Notes under the pieces: generated by a model | The model's database searches: none | The model's input: the letters and a program-made list of their open reading frames with translations, nothing else | What the model was told of the DNA's origin: nothing | Position numbers and translations under genes: made by a program | Shown here: positions 1 through 15,551 of the stretch, piece after piece | Position numbering within the stretch: position 1 is the first letter of the stretch | Layout of the letters: each line of letters starts with the position of its first letter | Assembly: GCF_009914755.1 (NCBI RefSeq) | Contig: NC_060927.1 | Direction: 5' to 3' (one strand) | DNA from: the human T2T-CHM13v2.0 reference genome, Homo sapiens | Length of the DNA stretch: 64,000 bases

Positions 1-392
1 AAAGCAGGTTATAAAACCTAGAAAGAATTCTTTGACCTCTCTTCTCAGTAAGAACTTCATTCCAGAGATGCCCTGGAGGAAAGAAATGTCCTTATCACTG
101 AAGACACAGGGATACAGAGAAGAATGTGAACAAATAGGCCTTGCAAGCTTCTCCCCAGTTTATTAGATTATATCCCTTTTATCTTATCATACTTCCCTAT
201 GACCACTTTTCATCAAACTAAGCATAAAAAGTTTTTCCTGTTTGAGTTTTCATATCCTTATGAAGGTTCCCATGTTATATAAAACCCATATGAAATAAAT
301 TTGTATGCATTTCTCTTATTAATCTGTCTTTTGCTATAGGACCTCAGCCATGAACCTGAAGATGGGTAAGGAAAAAATCTTTTCTCGCCTAC
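1..392 (+). mobile_element. ERV1-class LTR 3' portion (MER34/MER39-like), cut by the window edge
   Basis: AATAAATTTGTATGC...TTAATCTGTCTTTTG motif and terminal ...CCTACA. Confidence 0.55.
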
Positions 393-464
393 ACTACTCA
401 TAACCTCGTAAAACTATTATGTGCAATGAGTCTAAGGTTTTTAAACTTTCAATTAATTAACTAA

Positions 465-594
465 TTTTATTTTTTGTAAACAGGAGATCTTGCTATGATG
501 CCGGGGCAGGTCTCAAATTCCTGGCCTCAAGCAACCCTCTGTCCTGGGCCTCTCAAAGGCATGAGGCCTTTGAGCCTCATTGAGATTACAGGCA
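465..594 (-). mobile_element. Old Alu left monomer (FLAM/AluJ fragment)
   Basis: T-rich end, then caggtctcaaattcctggcctcaagcaa...gagattacaggca. Confidence 0.75.
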
Positions 595-1599
595 AAGTCT
601 AGGGTTTTGAAGAGCTACCAAGAAGACTGCAAAATATAACTCCTTAATCCTATGAATGTTAAGAAAAACAATATTTTTATATAAACATTTAAATATTTTT
701 ATATATTGATATATTTCAATATGTTTCTGGGTGCATAAAGGTTTAGGATTGCCTTATATTAGTAGACTATACCTTTTATCACATATAAAAATATAACTTT
801 GTCCATTTTAATACTTTTCTCCTTGTACTGCATTTTGTATAACATTGTCACTCCAAGTTTCTTTTAAATTCCCCTTGCTTTTATCTGCACCCTCCCTCCC
901 CATGCCCACCTTTATTTTCAATCTTTCTGTGTCAGGACAACTTAAATAAGCAGCAAATGGGCAATTGGTTACCCAGGGCTACCCTCTAGTGGTTACTCAT
1001 AGCATATTAAAATATACCTTTTTCTGTCAATGTCAAAATTAATCAAACTTTGCAAAAAAAACAAGATCTTTAGCACACTTCTACTTACACTGTTAATTAT
1101 CAGATTAGCTCCAGAATAACTCTTAAACTAAATTGCTGAAGGATTAAATTATTTTCACAAAGTCACAACAATATCCTGAGATGTTTCACTTATTAGATTA
1201 CATGTTATCTTCTAGTCATCTAAGCATTACTACATAACGGACAACCGAAAGAACAAAATTGCATAAAATTTTTAAAGCTAGCAATAAATAATAGAAGACT
1301 ATAACGTGCCTTGAAATGACAAATGTGATGAGATGAAGTTTTAATTTACTGTGACAAGCCAGACTGTTCCTGTACAATTTCAAGGACAAAGAAAACATGG
1401 ATCTATAAGCCTCCTGTTGTAGGCAAGGGTTTGTTTCTTTTCTAAAGGTCAGGAGCCAATAGTTCACACTTGGTGAGACTAAATTCCCTAAGGGCTGCCT
1501 CTGAAGGAGATCAAGAGAGAAATGTATTAAAAAAAAAAAAAACTGTATCAAGAATTAGAAAAAACGTATGTTAGCTGACAGATGGCTAATTTATTTTTT

Positions 1600-2942
<1,343 letters not shown>

Positions 2943-2979
2943 ATTTATATACCAGGCAATGGAAAAGTACAACATAGAT

Positions 2980-3150
2980 TACCTCATTTGATTCTCCTAA
3001 TAACTAGGCAAAGGTGGTGTGAATATCCCTATTTTACAGCCTAGGCAATTGAGACTTCGAAATACTAAGTGAAATGTTCAAATGCACACAGTAAGATGTG
3101 TCAGGACTGAAACCTTGTTATGACTTGTTCAAAGTCTCCATTCCTTCTAC
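2980..3150. mobile_element. MIR fragment
   Basis: Resembles the MIR core: ccctattttacag...gagacttcg...aagtgaaatgttcaa. Confidence 0.5.
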
Positions 3151-4257
3151 CATGTTATGAGGATCTGCACAGGCCTGTACCCACCCAAGAAACACAAGTA
3201 ATCTCTTCTAAAACTAGAGTAAAATTTTAAAGTGGCAGCAATGTTAAAAAAGCAGCAGAGGCAGAATCTAGTGGCAATTTTTAATTTGCTTAAAATATGC
3301 AGTTTTGGGGGAAACATGGTTTTCTGTCAAAAAGGCAAATTACTATATATTTAAATAAAGTTATTTGTATTTACTATGACATCCAGCAAGTCTTATAAAA
3401 TTATACAAATTACAATATACTGCTATGCTACCCAATATGAAGTATAAAAAAGATGATTTTGTAACAGGTCATTTAACTTCAATAGGCATAGATGTTTTAT
3501 TATATAGTTCAAAGATACCTAAAACAGATAAGAGGGGAATTTTCAGATGTCTTAGTGTTTTTTTTTCTTGCAATTTGCAACATTAAACCATTTACCTACA
3601 TAAACACCACATAAATATTATTTAATACAAAGAAGCAGCATATCAAACCCTATAGAAATATCTGAGAAAATGTCCATGACGGAAGAGAAATGCTTCCCCC
3701 TTTTCCCTTTTAGTGATACGTTACAGGCATCACAGTAATGATAGGTTACTTCATTTTGTGAATGACGATAAAGGATCAGAATTAAAGCCCCTAAACAAAG
3801 TGGTTCCTTTCTCATAACCAAATGTAACTGAATTAAATTATTGATGGATTGTGTTCTCTGCAGTGCAGAAAGATGGCTCTGCCAAGGAAGGGCTATGTAA
3901 ACTTCATTGTCCGGCTTCAGGTTATCTGTTTACTTCTGTACTTCACTGTGATTTATCATTAAGAAACTGAATTTGTTTTGCCACACTATCCCCCCTTTGA
4001 ATGAACTGTACACTGGAAACATGCTAATAGAAAAAGATAAGACAAATTGCATTTTTTCCCAATTCTACAACCTAATAATTTTTAAAAGCACATATTTTTA
4101 AAGGTTAGAAGATGCTTTAAATATCCTAACAAATTTCTCATATTTATTTATAGGAATTTAACCCAAAAATTAAAATATCAACGGTATATTATCATGAACA
4201 TGCCTACAACAACAGTTGGGAAAAACAAGCTCAGCACAGACTAAATCAGACAATTTA

Positions 4258-4560
4258 GGCTGGGCATGGTGGCTCACGCCTGTAATCCCAGCACTTTGGG
4301 AGGCCGAGGCGGGTGGATCACCTGAAGTCAGGAGTTTGAGACCAGCCTAGCCAACCTGGTGAAACCCCATCTCTACTAAAAATACAAAATTAGCCAGGGG
4401 TGGTGGCGTTTGCTTGTAATCTCAGCAATCTGGGAGGCTGAGGCAGGAGAATAGCTTGAACCCAGGAGGTGGGGGTTGCAGTGAGTCTAGGTCGCACAAC
4501 TGCACTACAGCCTGGGCAACAAAAGCAAAACTCCGTCTCAAAACAAACAAACAAACAAAA
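4258..4560 (+). mobile_element. AluS with (AAAC)n tail
   Basis: Full dimer; TSD cagacaattta on both sides. Confidence 0.95.
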
Positions 4561-5847
4561 ACAGACAATTTAATACACTTTAAAGCGTATCAAAGTTTTG
4601 AAGTCTGTAGTACCTTAATCAAGAAAAAAAACAGATTAATTAAACTGAATATTAAAACTACCTGTATTTTATATAACAATTATCACCCCTCAAGAGTAAA
4701 TTTTCCAACCACTTGGTAATTATCTCATTTATTTTCACAATATCATTTAAGTATGTAGGAATAGTTAACTTATTTATATTTGCTGATGGCTAGCTGAGTA
4801 ACAGAGTCCCACAATAGCAAATCTAAAACTCCAATTTAGGTCTGCTGATTCCCTATCCAGAGCTCATTCACTGAATCATAACACCTCTCAGCTATTTACA
4901 ATGTGTAGTGAAGGATACAGAATAGCTTGTCACAATGTATTAGAAAAAGCAAATACATCATAGTTGTGTTCAGCAGTCTACCAGCCTCCCTTTTCATGTC
5001 TGGGTACATTTTACAATTCAACAGATAAAAATCACCATTTAGTGTGATAGAAATTACTATCTTATTTATTGGCTCTATTAACTCGACAGTGAGAAAGAGA
5101 GAAAAAGATGGATCTTGGGCTAGGTCGTTCATGGTCCTTCTAGCCCTGATTTCTATCTATAAGGCAGGAAGAAAATCTAAGTGTATTGTTTATCCACCAG
5201 GAGATTGGTCTGTGCCATGTTATGTTTGAGGAGCCTATTTGGCATCCAAGGGGAGACACAGAGCAGGTAGTTGGGTATACCTGACTCTAGGGTAAGAAGA
5301 GCAGTCTGGCTGGAGGTTCTATGAGAATGCAAACTCCAGTAAAACAGGGATTTTGTCTATTTTGTTAAGTTCTATACCTTTAAGCACCCACAACAATGCC
5401 CAGGACATACCGAGAGCTCTATAAATATTAGATGGGACTACATGAAACTGCCATGACGTTGTACTATTTTTGATCTATATTAACAGCAACTTCATATGAT
5501 TCTATCTAGTACTTACTGAATAAATGATACCCTGTAATTTTTCATTTCACAGTCTCTCCTCTGGATCTGAGCTAAAAAAATTCCTGCCTTACTGGAAAAA
5601 GAGTACAGCAGAGTGGGTAGAAGATCCCGAAGTTGGTCCTTGCTCCTTTTCAGACCCCAACGGTCTCAGTCTCCCTCTTTCCTGGCTAGTGCATTACAGG
5701 CACACTAAATATTGTTGGTGGTGATGATGACAGAAATTACCTTTTCCTAATATTTCCTATAGGTAATTATTAGAAAATTAAAAGTAGCCACTTGCAAATT
5801 ATATAACTAGTTGATTTTAAATAAATTTACAGTATTTTTCTCAGTAC

Positions 5848-6358
5848 TGTTACCGGGTAGAAGGTTCTGATCATTGAGATGTCCAGGTCCTTGGCACACT
5901 GAACACAGAACTGAACAGCACACACAAACAAGCAAGGAAAGTGTAGACTTACTGAAGTGGGAGGCAATAGTAGTGAAAGTACACTCCACAGAATGGCAGC
6001 GGCCCAAGCAAGTGGCTCAAAAGCCTTGGTAGCAAAGTCTTCTGGGGTTTTAAGTACCCTCTAGAGGTCTCCCATTGGTTACACCCTATGTAAATGAAGG
6101 GCTGGCTCATGCCAATTAGAGGCTGAAGTGAACTGGCCCATGGGCAATCAAAGACAAGCTGGATTGGCACCTTATTTATGCAAATGAAGGTCCTAAAATG
6201 GACCAATCATAGGCCACAGTGCAGGTTTGCCTCATGGCCAATCGGAGGCTGGTGTGAATAGGCACCTTATGCAAATGAAGGTCCTAGAATTTAGTTCCAG
6301 GAAGTTTGCATGAATTGGCCTTAGGTTCCCTGCCTTCAGAGCCTATTCTTTTGCCTCA
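5848..6358 (-). mobile_element. MER51-family solo LTR (ERV1)
   Basis: Minus strand starts TGAGGCAAAAGAATAGGCTCTGAAGGCAGGGAACCTAAGGCC; TG...CA ends; 4-bp TSD gtac/ctac; repeated CCAAT and ATGCAAAT motifs. Confidence 0.8.
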
Positions 6359-7218
6359 CTACTACAGTTATCATTTTATAGCTAAAGTTTCTGAGTAATA
6401 GATTATTTCTCCAAAGCCATAGCAGAAGAGTAGATAGGTAAACTCAAAAGTCCTGAAGTTCAATTTTGGGCTTAATTCGTTACAACTTGTCTCTACCACC
6501 GACTATGCGGAAACTCTATATATGTGTGTAAGGATGTTACTATGCTATTTAATTACATTAAGGGATTTTTCTGCCTGTATTTGTTTTCCTATGCTATATC
6601 ACATTTAGAAACTTCCAAAGACAAATCCAATTGCTTATCATTTTACCTGGATAGTTTACCTGCATAGATTATCACGTGAAACAACTTTTCTCCTGAAACA
6701 CACACACACGTATATATAATCTTTAAAAGCTTATATGAGTGATCTTTAAATTACCATACTGCTATATACAATTTCCATAGTTCTCTTTTTGGTTTATCAT
6801 GTCATAAACTGAGCATAAAATAAGAATTATTTTCTATTCTGTTTTATAAAGAAATGCTGTTCCTGAAGAACTTTAATATATATTAATTCAAATTTAATCA
6901 TTTAAATAGACTGTAATAAAAAAAGGAAGCTGAGGATGACTATGCAAATCTAAGCATGGTGTTCTGATAGGACAACTTCTAGGATCACAACTCCACTAGC
7001 CACTTCACATGTAGATGAACTTTCTTTAAAACTCAAAAGCTGCCTCTGATGTCCTATATAGCATACAAATGAGCAGAACAATAATGAGAAACACAACACA
7101 TGTAAAATTGCGGGAATAATACTATTTTGATGTGCAGCTTAAAGAGTAATTTGTTGAATAATAATAATCCCCAAGACAAGTTGACAAATTAACTTGCTTC
7201 TAAATAAATGAAAGTATA

Positions 7219-7415
7219 GGCCAGGTGCGGTGGCTTAAGCATGTAATCCCAGCAATTTGAGAGGCCAAGGCAGAAGGATTGCTTGAGCCCAAGAGTTTGA
7301 GGTTAACCTCACATACAGTGAGGTTACTCTATGACTGTGCCACTGCATTCTATCCTGGGAGACAGAGCAAAAACCAATCTCTAACAAAAGTAAATAAATA
7401 AGTAACTAAATAAAG
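7219..7415 (+). mobile_element. Free Alu monomer (FRAM/FAM-like)
   Basis: Single arm ggccaggtgcggtggct...gccactgcattctatcctggga followed by an A-rich tail. Confidence 0.8.
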
Positions 7416-8544
7416 AAAAGCATAATATTACTTTTCAAACTTAAGTAGTGGCAGATGAGAGCCCTTTCCCAAGCAGCTGCATTAGGTGATTTGTAAAAAG
7501 GCTAGAATTTGTTTTACCTTATAATACCAAATAATACACCTTTCACAAAATGTGCTGCTCTGGCTTGTTTAAACAATGGATGTGCCCCCCATCACGTGAT
7601 TTGGTCTCTCTTTCTTAGCTATATTCATCCAATCTGGACAGTGAACTGTGATGGCAGGGACATCTCTCTATTCCCTTAAATCTCTCTGCCTTATGCCCAC
7701 TGTGCTTGACAATGAGGATCTTGAAAAACTATAAATTAAATTCCACAGGTATGCACACAAAATTGCATATAAATGTATAATGTACTGTTAAATCTCAATT
7801 CCTTAAAGGTTCAGAGGATTATTATCTACTCTTCCCTTCCGTTATGAAAACATCATATCCACAAACCTGCAAAATTAAGTTACCCAACCAACAAGCGCAA
7901 GCTGTTTAGCTCTTAAATTGAGGTGACACAACGTGCAAAGGAAAGTCACCTTAATTCCACTAAGGGAAAAAAAAATGCACTAAAACCCATCTCTCTGAGC
8001 TGAGCCTTCATTCAATATTGAAACAAGTAATCTCAAATTCCATGGTTTTGGTTGCCACTCAACACTATTCCATTCAACTGGGGATTGAACAAAGCAAAAT
8101 AAAAGGGAGCTTTAATGTGCCTTTTCTTCTCCTTTTTGCTATACTACATTGACAGCATCTTGTTCATTAATTAAACTTTTTCTTCCCTTTAAGAAATAGA
8201 CTGTAGTGTGCTATACTGGACACTGAGGAAGCAGGCAGGAAATAAGAGGCATAAGTTAGAAAAAATCTAGGATTTAAAAATTGTAGTTGGAGATACAAAA
8301 TATTCATGAACGATAAAACAAATATAGAGAAACATTTCAACAAATACAAAGTAAGATGGTAAGTATTTAACACATACAGGGGTTGACATGGAGGCAGAAC
8401 TAGGAGTGATTAGAGGTTCCTCTCACGGATTTTACATGAATCAAGACAGCTCCACCTTGATGACTGAAACAATTCAGGAGCCTTGCACATTTTCTGTCAT
8501 CCACTAGAAATGGGGTTATGAATTTAAGTCTTTGGAGGCTATGA

Positions 8545-9032
<488 letters not shown>

Positions 9033-10320
9033 TGAGGAAAAAACATAATTCTTATTCATTACCTTACTGATATGTAGGAACTTTTGCTTTGATAATAATT
9101 TAAAGAAGATATGCCATTTCTAATTTGCCATCTTAAAGCTCAAAATAATAATGCAATAAAATTCTAAGTTTATGAAAAATCTTTTGACAGAAATGACAGG
9201 TGTTCTAAAGGGAAATGATTAAAAGGTAAAAAAGATGAGAAAATGCTTTTCATGTATTTTTTATTTGGGTTTTAGATACCTCAATATGAGGGAACTAGAG
9301 GAACACAGCATTCTTTACTGTTTTATCATTATGTAAATCAAATAGATTTTCTTTTCCAATAAAATTCTATGTGTAAATTGTCCCTGTGCATATCTTGCCG
9401 GCAAAAAAATTACAGGAATGACACCAATTTCATGGTAACTTTAATTTAAAAAATGCTCCTCAGCTTTACAACCTGAAGATGAAGAAAGTTTACACACTTT
9501 CTTGAAGTCTGTCACTAAAAACTGATGACCAGTGGAAATTTATCTTCTCATCAGCCATAAAATAGTGACTGCAAAATTCAATAATCTTGAATGCATAGTT
9601 CAAAATTTGTGATTTACTGTTTGGCAAATAAAAGTTATTTTCTAACCATAATAATAGCTATTTATTGAGGGCTTACTCTGTTCTAGGCACTGTTTTACCT
9701 ATATTATTGCTGCTTTACATCCTGGAAAGCCACTTGATACTTTTTTATTAGAATCCCCAGAAAAGAAAAGAATCCATCCTTTCAATGTTCATTTCCTGAG
9801 TATTTGACAACACAATTAGAAAAATTATCTTAATGTTAGAAAAACAGTGCTGTTCATAGATATGAAGAGAAAGCCAGCAGCATATAGAGAAATGGGATAG
9901 TCAAGATTATTACTGACAGTGAATAGGAAAATATAATCAAGTTCATGAATTCTAAAAGGAAATTAAAGACATTTGCTAATTAGGTGATCACAAAAGAAAT
10001 GATAAAGCTCATTTCCTGCTCTATGACACTGGCAAGGCATCAAACCAAAAAGACGAAACAAAGGCATTTGGCTTTCATTATAAACCTATATAAAACAGCA
10101 CAATAAAGAGATGTATACACAGCTCTTTCACATCAGTTAACTTAGATTCCTACCATTTTCTTAGACAAGTGTTTCTATTACCTTTCTTAAAGATCTCACC
10201 ATGGCTCAGCAGCTGCCATGAGTTAACGAACTAAAAATATGGTTTCTGATGCACATACAATTCATTTTCACATCCACAAGAAAATAATGGGCAAGAATAA
10301 CTAATAAAGTTAAGCAAAGT

Positions 10321-10617
10321 GGCAGGGTGTGGTGGCTCACGCCTGTAATCCCAGCACTTTGGGAGGCCAAGGCGGGCGGATCATGAGGTCAAGAGATCGA
10401 GACCATCCTGGCTAACACAGTGAAACCCTGTCTCTACTAAAAATAAAAAAATTAGCTGGGCGTGGTGGCACGTGCCTGTAGTCCCAGCTACTCAGGAGGC
10501 TAAGGCAGAATAGCCTGAACCTGGGAAGCAGAGGTTGCAGTGAGCCAAGATCGCGCCACTACTCTCCAGCCTGGCAACAGAGCAAGACTCCATCTCAAAA
10601 AAAAAAAAAAAAGAAAA
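10321..10617 (+). mobile_element. AluSc/Y-type
   Basis: Diagnostic gatcatgaggtcaagagatcgagaccatcctggctaac. Confidence 0.93.
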
Positions 10618-11074
10618 GGGTAAGAACTGAAATAAAAACTGCAGGTTGATGAATTCACCTTAGAATTCACAGGCAGATTATAAACCTCAATATATATTTT
10701 TCTCATTTAATTATACTTCTACAAGTTTATGTTCAAATTCTATTTTCAAAAAAGTCTGAGTAATGAACATAGATGATGGCATTCAGGGAGAAAAGAAAGA
10801 CCATAAGCAAATCTAGACTTAGAACTTGCTTACTTTTTGTAGTTATCAGTGTTTTGGTTTTAAGAAAAATCAATATTACTTAATTTTGCAACAATTAATT
10901 TTTAACTAATCCAATTACTTAAAAATTTATTAGAAAATTATGCTCTTCACAAATGCCACTTACTGTTAATATCTGCAACTTTTCCTACTATCAAAAGGGC
11001 TCATTTACTTCCTTTCAAATTAACATGCATAAAATAGTATTTGTTAACTATCAATAATTTTTTTAAAGTAAATT

Positions 11075-11300
11075 AACAACAGCTACAACGTACAGAGTGC
11101 CTATATGTGCTCAGCAGTGTGTCAGGCACTTGACAGACATTATCCCTGCTCCTCACAAGAACCCACAAAAAATAGAGATTATTATTCCCATATAAAAATG
11201 AGAGCATAAGACAGACCTTAGGAAAAGTAAGTATCTTGACCAGAATGATAAAATGAACCAAGTTAAATCTTAACTGACCCAAATAATCATAACTGTACTC
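11075..11300. mobile_element. MIR
   Basis: MIR-like core: gagtgcctatatgtgc...attattattcccatataaaaatgag. Confidence 0.55.
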
Positions 11301-12804
11301 CCTCATAACCAATATAGCTCATCCTAACTTTGGTGCAATAGCAATCCAAAGTTCAGAAAGAACTTACACTTATAGAAAACGTACTTAAGTCTTGATCGTC
11401 ACCAAAAAGCAGGCATTCTTTCTTTCCTTTAGTTGGGGAGAAAACAGAGGCCCAGAGAGGGTAAAAAGCTTTTCAGAGCTCCCAAAGAGGTTGCAAGGGC
11501 CTGGCCTGTGGCCTTCAGCCTTTAGATCCAATTTTCTTTCTAATGCTCAGGCTTTAACCAGCATAGTTGAAAACGCATGTATTTGTAGCAAAGTACCTGG
11601 ACAGGCACACCCCCTTTAAGTCTTAGATAGCTCTCCAATCTTCACATTTAACTACATGGTTGCTCACCATTTTTATTATTCCCTTAATATCTTTGTGAGA
11701 ATAGAATTTTCTATACATTTTCCTTTGGCAATCAAAACTGTTAAATAGAAAAGCCATGATTACTGCTTCCAATTTTATTCTATTCTATCATAATGTTCTA
11801 CAATGGTGTTTCATTCTCAAATACAGAAATGCTGGGGCATGTAGCGAACAAGTAATACTGAAAAGCTGATTCAAGGAATAAATAATAAATAGTAGGGGTT
11901 TTCCCCATAAAATATTGACACAGAAGCCTACAAACCTGCAGTTCTTCAGATGGCAGCTCTTCCTACCTCAGATTAGGTGATGTAATCTCACATAAACAAT
12001 GAGGGGAAAAGACCAATAAAAGAAGGTTTAGGATCTTTACAGTAAAACAAAACCAAGTTATTCATTGGATTTGGGTGACATAATAAATGACATTACTGGT
12101 CATGGAAAAACATATTTTCCTACCTATCCACCTAGAAAATTGGACTGGGCATACCCACTCTGATTTATGTGGTCAAATACAAAGCATTTTCAAATACTGG
12201 GCAAATTTTTAAATAATATGGACTATATATTTATTGAACACAATTGTCCTTTTGAAGTATTTTTTTCAGTCATACTCAAAAAGTCAGATACTTTTTGACA
12301 GCTCAGGAAATATATAGCAAAAAGCTTTTCATAATATTGTATAACAAATCAGAGAAGAAATGCCTGTGAACAAACAAACAGTCTAAAATCAAACCAAATG
12401 CATATACATACCTTCGTTCACATTTTAAGATGTCAACTATGAAAACATAATGCAGAATTATAGTTACAGGCAGATTTCACTGCAGTATTTCTGGAAAAAT
12501 ATGATTTCCCTTGCTCTTTAAATGATGAAAAATAGCCTGCTAAAAGGATCTTTTAAAATATGTCTATAAAAAATCTCCCCCAACATGACTAAGATGTGAT
12601 TATAAACACAATTTCAATCAAGTGATACTATCTATAACTCTAGCAAGTAGGTAATGAAAAACGGGGGGGAAAGGCAAAGGGCATTTTGCTTTCTCACATA
12701 CTACACAATAACATATTTTACGTCCTAGTGAATATAAGGCAATACTTATGATAGCTTTTCCTACTGCACTTGGGGAAGACCTTTAAGACTCTAAAGAAAA
12801 GTGG

Positions 12805-13092
12805 AGACCTTCCCCGACTTATGGTGGGATTATGTCCTGATAAACCCATCATAAGTTGAAAATATCATGACAAAAATGAATTTTAATACACCCAGCCTAC
12901 CAAAAATCACAGCTTACTTTAAACATGCTCAGAACACTTACATTTGCCTACAGTTGGGCAAACTAATCCAACACAAAGCTTACCTTATAAAAGCATTAAA
13001 TATCTCATGTAATGTATTGAACACTGTAGTAAAAGTGAAAAACAGAATGGTTTTACATCATAAAATAAAAAAATTTTAAGTCAAGCCATCAA
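12805..13092 (+). mobile_element. Tigger4 (MER46/Zombi) non-autonomous DNA transposon
   Basis: gacttatggtgggattatgtcctgataaacccatcataagttgaaaatatc...cctacagttgggcaaa. Confidence 0.7.
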
Positions 13093-13307
13093 GAAATTCA
13101 AACACAAAAAATCTAAAACACAAACATTCAGATTTTATACATCTTCTCAACTACTATCTACAAGTTTATGCTTATTACAATATTTTTCTTTTTTTTTTCT
13201 AATCCCCATGCTGATCAAAATTACAATATTTCTAATGTTTGGTTTGGATGACTGGTAGAAGTAAAGGTATAGCCATGGGACAGTTTTATTTCTGAAAAGC
13301 AAAATGA

Positions 13308-13530
13308 TATTGAGTACTTACTATGTACAAGGCACGGTTCTAAGCACTTTCTTTGTATTAGCTTTATTTAGTACTCACAACAACCCTTTAGGACAGATAC
13401 TATTAGGATCCTCTTTTCACAGATGAAGAAACTGGAGCACAGAAAGGTTAAGGAAACTGCCAAAAGTCAGGTTACAGCTGCTAAGTTGCAGAGCAAGAAT
13501 TTGAATCCAAGTAATTGTATTTCCAAGCAC
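13308..13530. mobile_element. MIR
   Basis: ttgagtacttactatgtacaaggcac...ttcacagatgaagaaactggagcacagaaaggttaag. Confidence 0.8.
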
Positions 13531-14577
13531 TTAATTGCTCTGAAAATTATATCTGTAGTTTGTCAGATGAAATTACCTATTCTTTCCTGAATTTATGCAG
13601 AAAATAAAACAGGAAAGGGGCTTATCCTAAATCATCCTATTTCTCATCCCTTAACTTTTAAAGCTATACATACAACAACAAAGAAGAACCTGTTACGATG
13701 TCAACTGACTGACTCCCATTGACAGTGCATCTGAAATAATTAGAATTGGTATCAAAAACTTAGGTTTGATTCTGAGCTATATAGGATACAAAGTTTATAT
13801 GTTTGGACAATTCATTTAACCTTTTTGAGACTCAATACTAAGGTACAGAATGGAATAAAAATATGATCTCCCTTATTTATTTCTGAGGAAGCCAAACACT
13901 TAAGATGATTTGGAAATGTTCTTACAGAAGAATTCCAGCTAATAACTTTAGAAATAAAAATAATATAAGTGATTTTGGAAAGATCATTCGATAGACAAAC
14001 CATTAGATGAAGACTTGTTGAAGAACAGAGGGTTCAAACTACTGCTACCCAATATGCTTCCTATGTGACACAATATGAAAAATAAAGTACCACTTATGAA
14101 GGATTCTTGCCAAAAAGGTTGCGCCTGAATCTACGTAAGTCTTTAGAGCTAATTCCATTTACAGAAAAAAAAAATGGGTTATACAGTAACAAATTAAATG
14201 ACACCACAAAAAAAGCAAACAAATAAACCCAAAATGTGAAACATATAGAACTGGCTCATTTCTTCAAGTTAATGGGCTGAAAAAAACAAAAACAAAAAAG
14301 GAGAGAGAAAAGGAGAGGTAAGGGATTACTAAAAGATTTATGAGACAACAGCCAAATCTAACATGTGACCTGATGTAAATCCTAGTTCAAACAAACCAGA
14401 TGTAAAAACAAAAACAAAACATTTTTTAAGCAGTTGGAGAAATCTGAACATGATCTGGATATCTGATGTCACCAAAAATTATTGCTAATTTTGCCAAGTC
14501 ATAAGACAGTAACACTACAATTATGTAAGAAAGTGTCTATTTTTTTTTAGAGGTGCATACTGCTGTGTATAGGTATC

Positions 14578-15005
14578 TGTGATGGTTAATTTCACATGCC
14601 ATCTTGACTAAATCACAGCGTTCCCAGATATTTAGCTAAACATTATTTTGGAGAGTGTCTTGGTGTCTCCAGATGAGACTGGTATTCCAATCAGTAGGAT
14701 CTGTAAAGAAGACTGCTCTCCCCAATGTAGGAGGGCAGCACCCAATTTGTTGAGAGCCTGAATAGAACAAAAGGTGAAGGGAGAATTCTCCTGTCTGCCT
14801 GACCACATGAGCTGAGACATCAGTCTTCTCCTATCCTTGGACTGGGACCTACTGGCTCCCCCAGTTCTCAGGCCTTTGGACTCAGGTTGAACTACACCAC
14901 TGGCTTTCCCGAGTCTCCAGCTTGCTGACAGCAGATCATAGAACTTCTCAGGCTTCATAATCACATAAGCCATTTCCTCATAAAAAATCTCTTTATATAG
15001 AGAGA
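14578..15005 (+). mobile_element. MLT2 (ERVL) LTR inserted in an old L1ME fragment (about 14060-15180)
   Basis: Starts tgtgatggttaattt; ggtgtctccagatgagact...gagagcctgaatagaacaaaagg. Confidence 0.8.
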
Positions 15006-15342
15006 GCAGCATATGACAGTCTGAAACTTGCTTCAAAAATAGCTAAAACACAAATAATAATAAGGGATAAATAAATAAATAAAATATGGAAAAGACTGAT
15101 AACTGTTTAGTATGACGACAGATATGTGAGAATTTGTATTTGTATACATTTGGAATTTTTGATAATGTTAAATTTTTTTAAAGTATTTTCTCCACTTGTT
15201 TCATAAACTATTATGATGATCATTGAGAAAAATTATATAAAAGTAGCTAAAACACATATCAGTGTGTTTTAATGTCAGTGTGTTTTAATGTCAGTTTGAA
15301 AAAGGAATAAAGAAAAAAATTTAAGGAATCCACATTCTAAAT

Positions 15343-15551
15343 TAGGAGATGGCCAACTATGGCCAGTCCACAGGCCGAATCCAGACGGCTGCCTGTTTTT
15401 GTGATAGTAACACAGCTACATCCATTTGTTTAAATATTGTTGATAGTTGCTTTCATGCTGCAGCAGCAGAGTAAGTGCAACAGAAACCACATGGTTCATA
15501 AAGCAAAATTTATTTACTATCTGGCCCTTTAAAGAAAGTTTACTGACTCCT
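15343..15551. mobile_element. MER58A (hAT-Charlie)
   Basis: ggccaactatggcc...ctatctggccctttaaagaaagtttactgactcct. Confidence 0.75.

Noticed and set aside
1577-1592. 16-mer gacagatggctaattt repeated at about 35947
   Set aside because: About one 16-nt match is expected by chance in a 64-kb AT-rich self-comparison, and there is no extended flanking homology.
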